Made by a program: the position numbers and the translations under genes. A DNA stretch of 64,000 bases, taken from a candidate division FCPU426 bacterium. Lineage in GTDB: Bacteria; Oederibacteriota; Muellerivitia; Muellerivitales; Muellerivitaceae. Numbering within the stretch: position 1 is the stretch's first letter; the number at the start of each line of letters is the position of its first letter. This document shows, one piece after another, positions 10,131-19,927 of the stretch. The notes beneath the pieces were generated by a model that saw nothing but the letters and a program-made list of their open reading frames with translations, made no database searches and was not told the DNA's origin. The DNA lies in assembly GCA_963738405.1 (NCBI GenBank), contig CAVTWJ010000018.1, forward strand, positions 32,001-96,000, in the 5' to 3' direction.

Positions 10131-10420
10131 TTTTACCCACAATGGATTCAGAATAGATTCACAAAGGTATTAGTTTCCGTTATTAAAATAATTTTTACTA
10201 TTTAATACACAGCCAAAAGTTAAGAAGCTGGGGAAGAAATGAGGATCATTGGGGATAAAGACCAAACTCATTGCGGGGTTGTTAATTTCCTTTATAATAC
10301 CCCCAATTTACACACAGGCTAAAAGACTGATTTTTCCATATCTTTATGCTTGATTCGGCTTTTCTACACAAACCCACAAAGCCTACTACTACTTCTAATT
10401 CCTTTTAAATTTAAAAGTCT
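10131..10420. other. oriC part 2: degenerate DnaA boxes, DnaA-trio run and AT-rich unwinding element
   Basis: TTACCCACA, TAATACACA, TGGGGATAA and TTTACACAC boxes, then TTCTACACAAACCCACAAAGCC-TACTACTACTTCTA-ATTCCTTTTAAATTTAAAA. Confidence 0.82.
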
Positions 10421-10463
10421 TTCAGTTAAAGTCTCTTTAATCGATGACTACAGGAGTTACTTT

Positions 10464-11585
10464 ATGAAAGTTGTTTTAACCCGAAGTGATTTCCAAAAGG
10501 GAATTTCAACAGTTCAGAGCGCAGTAGCTGCGAAAAATACCATGCCGATATTGGCTAATGTTCTCTTGGAAGCTAGGGATAAAAAACTTGAGTTTGTGGC
10601 TACTGATTTGGATATGGGTATTCGTTGTAGTGTTCCAGCGGAGGTAGTTGAAAAGGGAAGTATTACATTAAATGCGAAAAAATTGGCGGATATAGTTCGG
10701 GAACTTCCTGACGCCTCTGTTGACATTGAAATTGACGATAATCATAAAGTGATTCTTGTTTGTAAAAAATCAAACTTTAAAATTCATGGGTTACCAAAAG
10801 ATGATTTTCCAATTCTTCCAGAAGTTAAAAAAGATAAGGCTTTTAAAGTTAATGGGGTTCTTTTACAAGAAATGATTAGGAAAACAATTTTCGCGGTATC
10901 CAGCGATGAAACCAGATATGTCCTAAATGGTGTTTTTTTTCAGGCCGAAAATGGAAAACTTCGAATGGTCGCGACTGATGGCCATCGACTAGCTTTTATT
11001 CAGAAAAAAATGGAAGCAAAAAATGACGATAAATGCAGCGTCATTATTCCAACAAAAACTTTGAACGAGCTTTCCAAGGTTATTTCAGAAGTTGGAAAAG
11101 GTGAGGAAGAAAAGGAAACAACAGTCGAGATTATGGCCACCGATAATCAAATTAAATTTATGGTAGAAGGCGTTGAAATTGTTTCAAGACTCATCGAGGG
11201 ACAATTTCCCAACTATGAACAGGTGATTCCAAAGGAATCTGATAAAAAAATTGAGGCTTCCACGGAGGAATTGGCCGCAGCCACCCGCCGTGTCGCTATT
11301 TTAACGACTGAAAAATCCAATTCCATTCGATACCAAGCAAAAGGAAATAAACTTTCCGTTTCTTCAAAAACGCCCGATATGGGGGAAGCGAAAGAAGAAA
11401 TCGACGTAGTTTATAAAGGTGAAGAAATCAGTATTGCCTACAATTCAAAGTATGTTTTGGATGTTCTCAAAAACGTGGATACTAAGGAAATAAGCTTGGA
11501 ATTAACCCAGCCTTTGAGCCCTGGCATTATCCGGCCCAAGGGTGATCCTGATTACCTGTGCGTCATTATGCCAATGAGGGTTTAA
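10464..11585 (+). CDS. dnaN: DNA polymerase III beta sliding clamp
   Basis: MPILANVLL, VATDLDM, SDETRYVLNGV, VATDGHRL, SRLIEGQFPNY, VIMPMRV. The ATG at 10464 follows AGGAG. Confidence 0.98.
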   Translation: MKVVLTRSDFQKGISTVQSAVAAKNTMPILANVLLEARDKKLEFVATDLDMGIRCSVPAEVVEKGSITLNAKKLADIVRELPDASVDIEIDDNHKVILVCKKSNFKIHGLPKDDFPILPEVKKDKAFKVNGVLLQEMIRKTIFAVSSDETRYVLNGVFFQAENGKLRMVATDGHRLAFIQKKMEAKNDDKCSVIIPTKTLNELSKVISEVGKGEEEKETTVEIMATDNQIKFMVEGVEIVSRLIEGQFPNYEQVIPKESDKKIEASTEELAAATRRVAILTTEKSNSIRYQAKGNKLSVSSKTPDMGEAKEEIDVVYKGEEISIAYNSKYVLDVLKNVDTKEISLELTQPLSPGIIRPKGDPDYLCVIMPMRV

Positions 11586-11644
11586 AGACATAGATTTAGA
11601 AGGCCAGTTTTGGTTTGGGGGAAGAATCGTACTTTAGTTTTTAC

Positions 11645-11824
11645 TTAAGAATATAAAAACGCCGTAGGTTTCTTTTCATTCGCTTTCTGCAATACCATTT
11701 GATCAAAACAATCTGAGCAATAAAATAAATGTCTTTCCACCCGTCCCTTTTCAGGAGAATTCAATCGGGATTGACTGTAATCCATTAATAATTTTCGAAC
11801 ATCTTCGCAGCGAATTTCTTCCAT
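11645..11824 (-). CDS. Small zf-HC2 (anti-sigma-type zinc finger) protein
   Basis: CEDVRKLLMDY...ERHLFYCSDC fits the C-x-HxxxCxxC pattern. Confidence 0.65.
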   Translation of the reverse strand: MEEIRCEDVRKLLMDYSQSRLNSPEKGRVERHLFYCSDCFDQMVLQKANEKKPTAFLYS

Positions 11825-12046
11825 GGGGTTAGCCTCTATCGTCAGTTGTTGCAGGCCCAATGCCATCTTCAAAACTGTTATTTTGATTCAATATGTAGCA
11901 TTTTTAGTCTTAGAAGGTGTCATATATGAGCCAAAGAAGGATCGACAAGACAAACTTTAGACATGTGTTATTTTATCCCCGACACGTCCAAGTAAAATGT
12001 TTGAAAACGCCATGAACCTGCCAGTAGTTTTTAAGGATTTTCACCA

Positions 12047-15028
12047 TTGGTAAAAACTTTATCCACCCATGTCATATCCCTTCTGGAATCACGGGAGGAT
12101 TTAAGAGACCGTATAAAGCATGTGGAGTTAATTCCGGCGGCAGACGCACGATTTAGTACCTGGCCGAAAAACCTTTCGCCTGAATTGCTAAAGATATTAA
12201 AAAGCTCCGGATTTGAGTCGGCCTGGATTCACCAGTCGCGTGTCATAGACGCCCTTTTTGAGGGAAAACATGCCGCAGTCACGACCCCAACCGCCTCGGG
12301 TAAAACGCTCTGCTTTAACCTTCCCGTCTTTCATTCGGTCTTGGAAAATCCGCAAAACAGGGCCCTTTATCTTTATCCCATGAAAGCCTTAGCGCAGGAT
12401 CAATTAAAAAACCTTATGGAATGGAAAGGACGCTTCAAAACCAACCGTCTTCCGGTTTTTACCGCTGAGATTTACGATGGGGACACCCCAACGGGGATAC
12501 GGACGAAAATTCGAAAAAACCCGCCTAATATTCTTCTCTCCAATCCTGACATGCTGCATCTTGGAATTTTGGCTTATCACGACGCTTGGGCTGAGTTTCT
12601 TAAAAATCTAAAGTTTGTGATCATTGATGAAGCCCACAGTTACCGGGGCATTTTCGGCTCCCATGTAGCGCATGTGATCCGGCGCCTTCGCAGGGTTTGC
12701 CGCTATTACGGCTCGGATCCCAGGTTTGTGACTTGCTCAGCCACCCTGGGAAATCCGGATGAATTTTTGAAAGGTCTTACGGGCCTCGATTTTGAAATCA
12801 TTTTCGAATCCGGGGCGCCCCAGAACCAAAAGACATTTGTTTTATGGAATCCGGATGGGGGTTCGCCTTACACCGAGACGGTCACACTTATAATTGAATG
12901 TCTGAAAGCCGGTATGAAAACCATTGTTTTTACCAAGGCCAGAAAGATTACCGAACTGATTAGCATGTGGATCAATCAAGCCAGACCCGAGTGGAGCTCA
13001 AAAATACGCAGTTACCGCGCAGGCTACCTGCCGGAAGAAAGGCGGGAAATTGAGGCGTTACTTTTTAAGGATGAGTTGAACGCGGTTATCTCTACCTCGG
13101 CCCTTGAAGTGGGTATCGATGTGGGGGGGCTTGATGCCTGCATATTGGTGGGTTACCCCGGAACCATGATCTCCACCTGGCAGCGTTCCGGCCGGGTAGG
13201 CCGGGGAGCATCCCCTTCGGTGGTGTTTCTTGTGGGTATGGCCGACGCCATGGATCAGTACTGGATGAAGCACCCGGCTAAGTTTTTCAGCATGAAACCC
13301 GAGTCCCTTATGGTGGGGTTTGAGAACGAAATCATCGCCAAGAATCATCTTCGTTGTGCGGCTTCTGAAATACCCCTGACCCTTGAAGGGGATGAGCCCT
13401 ATTACGGGCCCATTTTAGGCCAGTGGTTAAAACCCATGGCCCAGGAGGGTTTAATTTTGGAAACGGTCGCCGGAGGAAAATACCTGGTGACAGATAAGAA
13501 CCCGCAAAGAGGAGTCAGCATCCGTGAAATGGGAGAAGGCTATTCCATTATCCGCCAAGATACGGGCGAAATGATCGGTACCATCGACGGGGCAAGGGCC
13601 TTCCGGGATTGTCACCCGGGGGCGGTGTATCTGCACCAGGGAATCCAATATGTGGTGAAGGATCTCCAGTGGGAGCAACACAAGATAATGGTTCTGGACG
13701 AGCCGGTAGACTATTACACTCAGGTCAATTACGAGGAAGAAACTGAAATTTTGGAAGAAGAAAATCGAAGGCCCCTGGGGTCGGTCAAAAGCCGATGCGC
13801 GATCCATTTTGGCAGGGTCAAGATTACCCAACGGTTTATTAATTTCGAGGTCCACAGACTTTTAGATCAGGGGTTGGTTTCAACCTACCCGCTGACTCTT
13901 CCGCCACAGACATTTGAAACCAAAGCCCTTTGGATGATCCTGCCGGATACCCTTCAAAGCGAATTGACAGATCGAAAACTTCATTTCATGGGAGGGCTTC
14001 ACGCTACGGAACATGGAACCATCGCCATGATGCCACTACATGTCGTGTGTGACCGTTGGGATTTGGGGGGAATTTCTACCCCCGCCCATCCCCAGGTACC
14101 CCAGCCCGTCATCTTTATTTACGATGGATACCCGGGAGGAGTCGGCTTAACCCAAAGAGCCTACGAAACCATGGAAGAATTGCTCACGACTACTTTCGAG
14201 ATGATAAGGGACTGTGGGTGCGAGGAAGGCTGTCCCTCCTGTATTCAATCCCCTAAATGTGGAAGCGGGAACCATCCTTTGGACAAGGAGGGATCCTTAA
14301 GAATCTTAGGGCACATTCTCGGCCGGGAAGATTTAAAAACCGAATCCAGTTCTTCAAAAAGGGAGACGAATTCTTACAGAAACATGACTACCGACTCCTT
14401 ATTTCCAGAAAAGACGCACGCTCCATTGCCCCCTCAAACGACGCCGGGACCCAAGTTGGCGATGACCCGGGAAACGCCCCCTGCGAAGACCGAAACGGTC
14501 GTGTTTGATATCGAAACCCAATACTTGGCAGCTGAAATCAAGGGAGGCTGGGGGAACTTGCCGGGCATGAAGCTCTCGTGCGCGGTGGTTTATGACGTTA
14601 AATTGGAAGAGTATTTCACCTATGTGGAGGAAACGGTCCAGGACTTATTGAAGCATCTTCAAGGCGCCAGCCTCGTGATTGGTTTTAATACCCTTCGATT
14701 TGATTATGGGGTTTTGCAAGGCTACGCTTCCTACAATCTTCAAAATCTGACTTCACTTGATTTGATGGCGGATCTTCAAAGCAAGTTAAAGCACCGCCTT
14801 TCCCTGGCCCATCTTGCGGAACACACCCTGGGAGGCGCGGAAAAAAGTGCGGATGGTTTACTGGCCGTGAAATGGTGGCGCGAGGGAAAGTTTGAGCAGG
14901 TGATTGATTATTGCCGCCAAGATGTAAAGCTAACGCATGATTTGTGGATGTTTGGAAAAGAGAAGGGGTATGTTCTTTTTAAGCATAAACAAACGAATGA
15001 AATCGTGAAATGTCCGGTTAAATGGTGA
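12047..15028 (+). CDS. SF2 DEAH helicase (MrfA/Hrq1 type, DUF1998 Zn domain) fused to a C-terminal DEDD/RNase H-like exonuclease
   Basis: Helicase motifs TPTASGKT, IIDEAH, SATLGNP, QRSGRVGR. DUF1998-type YDGYPGGVG...CGCEEGCPSCIQSPKC. C-terminal VFDIET, GFNTLRFD, YCRQDV. Confidence 0.9.
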   Translation: MVKTLSTHVISLLESREDLRDRIKHVELIPAADARFSTWPKNLSPELLKILKSSGFESAWIHQSRVIDALFEGKHAAVTTPTASGKTLCFNLPVFHSVLENPQNRALYLYPMKALAQDQLKNLMEWKGRFKTNRLPVFTAEIYDGDTPTGIRTKIRKNPPNILLSNPDMLHLGILAYHDAWAEFLKNLKFVIIDEAHSYRGIFGSHVAHVIRRLRRVCRYYGSDPRFVTCSATLGNPDEFLKGLTGLDFEIIFESGAPQNQKTFVLWNPDGGSPYTETVTLIIECLKAGMKTIVFTKARKITELISMWINQARPEWSSKIRSYRAGYLPEERREIEALLFKDELNAVISTSALEVGIDVGGLDACILVGYPGTMISTWQRSGRVGRGASPSVVFLVGMADAMDQYWMKHPAKFFSMKPESLMVGFENEIIAKNHLRCAASEIPLTLEGDEPYYGPILGQWLKPMAQEGLILETVAGGKYLVTDKNPQRGVSIREMGEGYSIIRQDTGEMIGTIDGARAFRDCHPGAVYLHQGIQYVVKDLQWEQHKIMVLDEPVDYYTQVNYEEETEILEEENRRPLGSVKSRCAIHFGRVKITQRFINFEVHRLLDQGLVSTYPLTLPPQTFETKALWMILPDTLQSELTDRKLHFMGGLHATEHGTIAMMPLHVVCDRWDLGGISTPAHPQVPQPVIFIYDGYPGGVGLTQRAYETMEELLTTTFEMIRDCGCEEGCPSCIQSPKCGSGNHPLDKEGSLRILGHILGREDLKTESSSSKRETNSYRNMTTDSLFPEKTHAPLPPQTTPGPKLAMTRETPPAKTETVVFDIETQYLAAEIKGGWGNLPGMKLSCAVVYDVKLEEYFTYVEETVQDLLKHLQGASLVIGFNTLRFDYGVLQGYASYNLQNLTSLDLMADLQSKLKHRLSLAHLAEHTLGGAEKSADGLLAVKWWREGKFEQVIDYCRQDVKLTHDLWMFGKEKGYVLFKHKQTNEIVKCPVKW

Positions 15029-15184
15029 GGGCCGACAAATGGCTTTTTATTGTGCATATTCCTCCAAAAATTGACGGGAATCCTAAAGTCCCTCCGATGA
15101 GAGGTGAAACGCCCCTCCTTGTAAATTAGTTCAAGGATGGTTATTTTATCGTTCACAACCGGTTACAACCTGGGAAAGGTTTTT

Positions 15185-16396
15185 ATGCCTAAGAAATCGA
15201 AAGTCAATGTCCACGGTCTCCATGAGCAATTAATGTCGCTCAACCGCATCGGCATCGCTCTTTCCAGGGAACAGGATCTCAATCAGCTTCTAACCCTGAT
15301 CCTCACCGAAAGTCGGCAATTCACCAGCGCCGAAGCCGGAAGTTTGTATGTCCGCGAGGGAAATCAACTTAGGTTTTCCGTAAGCCAAAACGATGTTTTG
15401 GAGGCCCGGAAAAAGGCCGAAGCCAAGGCTCAAAAAAAGCCTCTGGAGGTTGTACCCTCCACCTTCACCGGTTTTTATGTATCGCTGGATAAAAGCTCGC
15501 TCGCGGGTTATGTCGGAGTCACCGCTAAGGTATTGAACCTGCCGGACGCTTACAAAATCCCAGCCTCCAAGGAATACCGTTTTAACCGCTCGTTTGACGA
15601 AAAGAACAATTACCGTACGAAAAGCATGCTGATCGTCCCAATGAAAGACGCCTCCAGCAACGTGGTGGGGGTCTTGCAGCTGATCAATGCCCGCAATGGC
15701 AAACAGATCGTTGCCTTTGACAAGCATTTCGAGAATATGGTGCTCTCCCTCGCAAGCCAAGCGGCCATCGCCATCAAAAACGCTCTCTTGACCCAGGAAT
15801 TGAAGGAAGCTTATTTGGACACGATATTCCGTCTGTCTGTCGCGGCGGAATACAAGGATGACGATACAGCGGTGCATATTCACCGCATGAGCCGTTATTC
15901 GGCCATATTGGCGGAAGGACTTGGGCTATCCGCACATGAAGTGGAAAGTATCCGGTATGCTTCGCCCATGCATGATATTGGGAAACTAGGAGTACCCGAT
16001 TCTATCCTTATGAAACCGGGAAAATTAACTCCTGCGGAATTTAAAGAGATGCAGAACCATACCGTTTTCGGCGGAAAGATATTGGAAAACGCGAAGGCCG
16101 AGTTGTTAAAAGTATCGGAAGAGATCGCTATGACCCATCATGAAAAATGGGATGGCTCGGGTTACCCGAGAGGGCTCAAAGGCGACAACATTCCCCTGAC
16201 CGGACGGATTGTCGCTCTTGCGGATGTGTTTGATGCGCTCACCACCAAACGCTGCTATAAGCCGGCCTTTTCGCTTGAGGAATCTCTCCGCATCATTCGG
16301 GAAGGGACCGGGCGTCATTTTGACCCGAACGTCATTCAAGCTTTTAACAACAATTTAGAAAGAATTCTCGCGGTCAAGGCGCAATTCAGCAGTTAA
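15185..16396 (+). CDS. GAF + HD-GYP cyclic-dinucleotide phosphodiesterase
   Basis: GAF motifs YRTKSMLIVPM and VGVLQLIN, then MHDIGK, HHEKWDGSGYPRGLKG, ADVFDAL. Confidence 0.9.
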   Translation: MPKKSKVNVHGLHEQLMSLNRIGIALSREQDLNQLLTLILTESRQFTSAEAGSLYVREGNQLRFSVSQNDVLEARKKAEAKAQKKPLEVVPSTFTGFYVSLDKSSLAGYVGVTAKVLNLPDAYKIPASKEYRFNRSFDEKNNYRTKSMLIVPMKDASSNVVGVLQLINARNGKQIVAFDKHFENMVLSLASQAAIAIKNALLTQELKEAYLDTIFRLSVAAEYKDDDTAVHIHRMSRYSAILAEGLGLSAHEVESIRYASPMHDIGKLGVPDSILMKPGKLTPAEFKEMQNHTVFGGKILENAKAELLKVSEEIAMTHHEKWDGSGYPRGLKGDNIPLTGRIVALADVFDALTTKRCYKPAFSLEESLRIIREGTGRHFDPNVIQAFNNNLERILAVKAQFSS

Positions 16397-16409
16397 CGTT
16401 GGATTCATT

Positions 16410-16446
16410 AAAAAGGCGGATCGGCTTCCCGATCCGCCTTTTTTTG
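16410..16446. terminator. Bidirectional intrinsic terminator
   Basis: AAAAAGGCGGATCGG-CTTC-CCGATCCGCCTTTTTTT between convergent genes. Confidence 0.85.
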
Positions 16447-16471
16447 TTGGATCGTTGAAAGTAAAAGACGA

Positions 16472-16756
16472 TCACAAGAAAGATTTAATTTCGTACCCTC
16501 TCTCGATTAAAAAATCATCCACACGCCGGCCCACCAAAATCAGCTCCTCGCCCTTTAATGTTTCGCCAAAGTGTTTCTCAAGAATCTTTCCAACCCTTTC
16601 CAGCAGTGCGATTTGGACCCTTCTGTGGCGCAAAATTTTACTCTGATGGGTTCGAACCATATCGAACCAACGCTGGTGGGGAAAATCGATCGATGTAAGG
16701 ATTTCTGTGGTCAGACAGGAATCAAGTAATCCATGGATTTGCCGAAGCCGGTCCAT
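16472..16756 (-). CDS. Hypothetical protein
   Basis: 94-aa ORF ending at the shared terminator; no recognisable motif. Confidence 0.45.
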   Translation of the reverse strand: MDRLRQIHGLLDSCLTTEILTSIDFPHQRWFDMVRTHQSKILRHRRVQIALLERVGKILEKHFGETLKGEELILVGRRVDDFLIERGYEIKSFL

Positions 16757-17000
16757 AAAGCGCCTGATCTATGAAAATGGAATTAATAACCCTTATGGGT
16801 TTAATGTTAAACTGTTTTATAGAAATATCCAAGGAAAACCGTTTAACCTAGAACCTTCTTTTTAAGCTAAAAGGGTAGGTTTATTTAGTTTTTTGGGCTT
16901 AGGTTGACCCTTTTAAAAGGTACTGGGCATAATGTCGCCTTCTTTGGGCCTTACATCTTTCCTCGCCCGCCCTTAGCCAAAATTTATCAAGGAGTTTTCA

Positions 17001-17624
17001 ATGACTAAACAACTGATCGCAGGAGTTTGTTTGGCCCTACTGTCATTCGTACCAGCCATCGCTCAACAGGGGGCGCCAGCCCCAGCACCCGCGGCCGCGC
17101 CGGCCGTTAAGGCAAAGACCAAACCCGTAAACGACGAAGCAGGAATCAAAAAGATGTTCGATGAGTTTTCCCAAGCTTGGGCCGCAGGTGATGCCAAGGC
17201 CATGGCCTCCCATTGGGTGAAGGATGGTTCACTGATTAACCCCTTTGGTCAAGATGCTTGGACCCGCGAGGATGTTGAAAAAATTGTCGCTGCCGATACC
17301 CAAATGATGAAGGGTTCAACACAAACCTTTGACGACTACAAGTTTCGCTTCGTTTTGCCGGGATTCGCTCTGGTGGATTGCACCGCAACGGTGGGGGGTA
17401 TGAAAAATGCCGATGGAACGGACGCCCCGGTTCAAAAGTTTCATCTCTACTCGGCTGTAGCCTTGAGGGATAAAACCTGGTATGCCCTATCGATTCGTCC
17501 CTATGCTTTTGTGCCGATGCCCGGCGCGGCGGCAGCGGCACCTGCGGCGGATACAACTCTTCCTCCTGCCGTTTCCACACCCAGCGCCACGCCTTCCCTA
17601 CCATTACCTGCGGATAATAAGTAG
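17001..17624 (+). CDS. Secreted NTF2/SnoaL-like (SgcJ/EcaC-type) protein
   Basis: Signal peptide, F..AW.AGDAKAMASHW..DG.L.NPFG, Ala/Pro-rich ends, AAGGAG RBS. Confidence 0.75.
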   Translation: MTKQLIAGVCLALLSFVPAIAQQGAPAPAPAAAPAVKAKTKPVNDEAGIKKMFDEFSQAWAAGDAKAMASHWVKDGSLINPFGQDAWTREDVEKIVAADTQMMKGSTQTFDDYKFRFVLPGFALVDCTATVGGMKNADGTDAPVQKFHLYSAVALRDKTWYALSIRPYAFVPMPGAAAAAPAADTTLPPAVSTPSATPSLPLPADNK

Positions 17625-17643
17625 TTTTTTAATAGCAGAAGCT

Positions 17644-17679
17644 AAAAGCCTTCCCCATTTAGGGGAAGGCTTTTTTTTT
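17644..17679 (+). terminator. Intrinsic terminator
   Basis: AAAAGCCTTCCCC-ATTTA-GGGGAAGGCTTTTTTTTT. Confidence 0.85.
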
Positions 17680-17748
17680 CAGATTTTTTTAGTTATTCGT
17701 GGAATGATAGAAAAATAAATTTAACTGATTTTAAAGAAGGCCGAAGGC

Positions 17749-18888
17749 ATGGGTTCAAACCAAGTCGTCATCGTGGGGGGGGGCGTCATTGGGCTTTCCA
17801 TCGCCTATCACCTAAATGAAAAGGGTATCCAGCCGATCTTGTTGGAAAAGTCAGCCTTTGCTCGGGAAGCTTCATGGGCCGGCGGTGGTTTTCTAGATCT
17901 TCGCAGCGCTTCCCGGGTCGATCCCGAATTCTTTTATTTTTGCAGCAAGTCCTTTCATCTTTTTCCGGACTGGTGTGAAAAGTTAAAAAAAGAAAGCGGG
18001 GTCGATCCTGAGTTTGTACGATCGGGAAGCTTGGACTTGGCCTTTAATGAAGAGGAGGAATCGTCCATCCGCTTGATGGAAAAATCCATGGGAACTTATG
18101 AAGAAAAGGGAAGCTGGCTAACTCCGAAAGAAGTTCTAAAAATTCAACCGAACCTTTCTCCCCACTTGAAATCGGCTTTTTTCGTGGAGGGGACAAGCCA
18201 AATCCGACCGCCCCGATTGGGAAGGGCGCTATTGGAGTTCCTTCAAAGCAAAGGGACACAATTAAGAGACCGGGAACCGGCAGAGGATTTTATTTTGCAA
18301 GGAAGTAGGGTCACGGCCGTAAAAACTTCCAAGGGAACCCTTGAGGCGGATCAAGTGGTTTTAACGGCGGGTCCCTGGACGGGGGCCTTGTGTGAAAAAC
18401 TTCAATTTTCAATCCCCACCCAGCCCATCCGGGGGCAGGCCATCCTGTTTAAAGATGATCCCGGCCTGGTGAAACATATCCTTTTTACGGGCTTGGGAAA
18501 GAATTTTGTTTATATGGTACCCCGCTTGGACGGCCGTCTTTTTGTCGGGAGTACCTTGGAAAACGCCGGGTTTGAAAAAGCGGTCACGCCCGAGGGAGAA
18601 GAAAAACTGCAAAGGGGCGCCCGGTTTCTTTGCCCCCACCTGACCCCCGACCGGGTGGAATACCGTTGGTCGGGTTTACGGACCGGTTCGGTGGACGGCT
18701 GGCCCTATCTGGGAAGGCTTCCCGGCTTGGAAAATGTTTGGCTGGCCACGGGCCATTACACCCATGGTCTTTTACAATCGGCGATCACGGGCCGTTTGAT
18801 GGCCCAGGCCCTCACCGGCGAAAAAACCGATTTATCCTTGGAACCCTTCGCGCCTTCCCGTCAGGCCCATTCCAAGGCAGGGTTGTAA
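17749..18888 (+). CDS. thiO: FAD-dependent glycine oxidase (ThiO/DAO family)
   Basis: VGGGVIG, EASWAGGG, PIRGQ, YMVPRLDG, GLRT, ATGHYTHGLL. Confidence 0.75.
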   Translation: MGSNQVVIVGGGVIGLSIAYHLNEKGIQPILLEKSAFAREASWAGGGFLDLRSASRVDPEFFYFCSKSFHLFPDWCEKLKKESGVDPEFVRSGSLDLAFNEEEESSIRLMEKSMGTYEEKGSWLTPKEVLKIQPNLSPHLKSAFFVEGTSQIRPPRLGRALLEFLQSKGTQLRDREPAEDFILQGSRVTAVKTSKGTLEADQVVLTAGPWTGALCEKLQFSIPTQPIRGQAILFKDDPGLVKHILFTGLGKNFVYMVPRLDGRLFVGSTLENAGFEKAVTPEGEEKLQRGARFLCPHLTPDRVEYRWSGLRTGSVDGWPYLGRLPGLENVWLATGHYTHGLLQSAITGRLMAQALTGEKTDLSLEPFAPSRQAHSKAGL

Positions 18889-18962
18889 TAAAAGACGGTG
18901 TTTTTGGCGTTTTTTAAATTAAAATAATGTCCCTTTAAACCTTCTCATTTAAGGAATTTCGC

Positions 18963-19916
18963 ATGAGCCTTCTGATTACCGGGGCCTATGGTTTTATCGC
19001 CTCGCGCCTGACACACTTCTTGATTCAATCGGGTCAAAATAATTTACTGCTTTGCGATAAGGCGGACTACCTTTCCACCCGGTCCTGCGCTAAGGGCCTC
19101 GAAACTTCTCCTTTTATTGACCGCGACCAGCTGTTGAACCGTCTATCTGATTTAAACGATGTCACCGCCGTTCTCCACCTGGGAGCATGTACCGATACGG
19201 GCAACCACGATGAGGTGTACATGGCGAAGATGAACACCCAATACACCCAGGCCCTTTGGAAATGGTGCTCCGAAAAGCGGCTACCTCTGGTTTACGCCTC
19301 CTCGGGCGCCACCTACGGCCGGGGTGAGGAAGGCTATTCGGACGCCCATTCCGAAACCTCCCGCTACAAACCCCTCAATGTCTATGGAAAGAGCAAACAC
19401 CTCTTCGACCTTTGGGCGCTCGAGCAAAAAACCGCCCCGCCTCGCTGGTACGGCCTGAAGTTTTTTAACGTTTACGGAATGGATGAGAATCATAAGGGCC
19501 GAATGGCCTCGCCCATCTTTCACGGGTTTCATGAAATCGAAAAAACCGGAAAGATGACTCTGTTTCGATCCCACAAGGAAGGCATCGGCGATGGGGAACA
19601 AAAGCGAGACTTCATTTTCGTGGATGACATCGTGAAGCTGTGTCTTTTTTGCCTGAATCAAAACCCGCCGTCGGGCATTTACAATTGCGGTACCGGAACG
19701 GCCCGCACCTTTTTTGACCTGTCCAAGGCGCTTTTCAAGGCCGTGGGAAAAGAGCCAAGAATCGAGTGGGTGGACACCCCGGAAAAATTCCGGTCTGGCT
19801 ACCAATATTTCACCCAGGCCGAAATGGGAAAGATCCGCCAGGCGGGTTATTCCAGGCCCTTTCTTCCAATCGAGGATGGGATTCAAAAATACGTGGAGTG
19901 GTTAAAAAACCAATAG
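18963..19916 (+). CDS. hldD: ADP-L-glycero-D-manno-heptose 6-epimerase
   Basis: [57 protein letters not shown]. Confidence 0.9.
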   Translation: MSLLITGAYGFIASRLTHFLIQSGQNNLLLCDKADYLSTRSCAKGLETSPFIDRDQLLNRLSDLNDVTAVLHLGACTDTGNHDEVYMAKMNTQYTQALWKWCSEKRLPLVYASSGATYGRGEEGYSDAHSETSRYKPLNVYGKSKHLFDLWALEQKTAPPRWYGLKFFNVYGMDENHKGRMASPIFHGFHEIEKTGKMTLFRSHKEGIGDGEQKRDFIFVDDIVKLCLFCLNQNPPSGIYNCGTGTARTFFDLSKALFKAVGKEPRIEWVDTPEKFRSGYQYFTQAEMGKIRQAGYSRPFLPIEDGIQKYVEWLKNQ

Positions 19917-19927
19917 GAGAAATTCGA

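Noticed and set aside
10350..10463. N-terminal extension of DnaN in the ORF track
   Set aside because: It runs through the oriC DnaA-trio region. The ATG at 10464 has an AGGAG RBS and gives a normal-length clamp.
15065..15120. Possible hammerhead ribozyme or c-di-GMP riboswitch upstream of the HD-GYP gene
   Set aside because: CCGATGA...GAAAC does not match the CUGAUGA core with supporting stems, and no GEMM motif is present.
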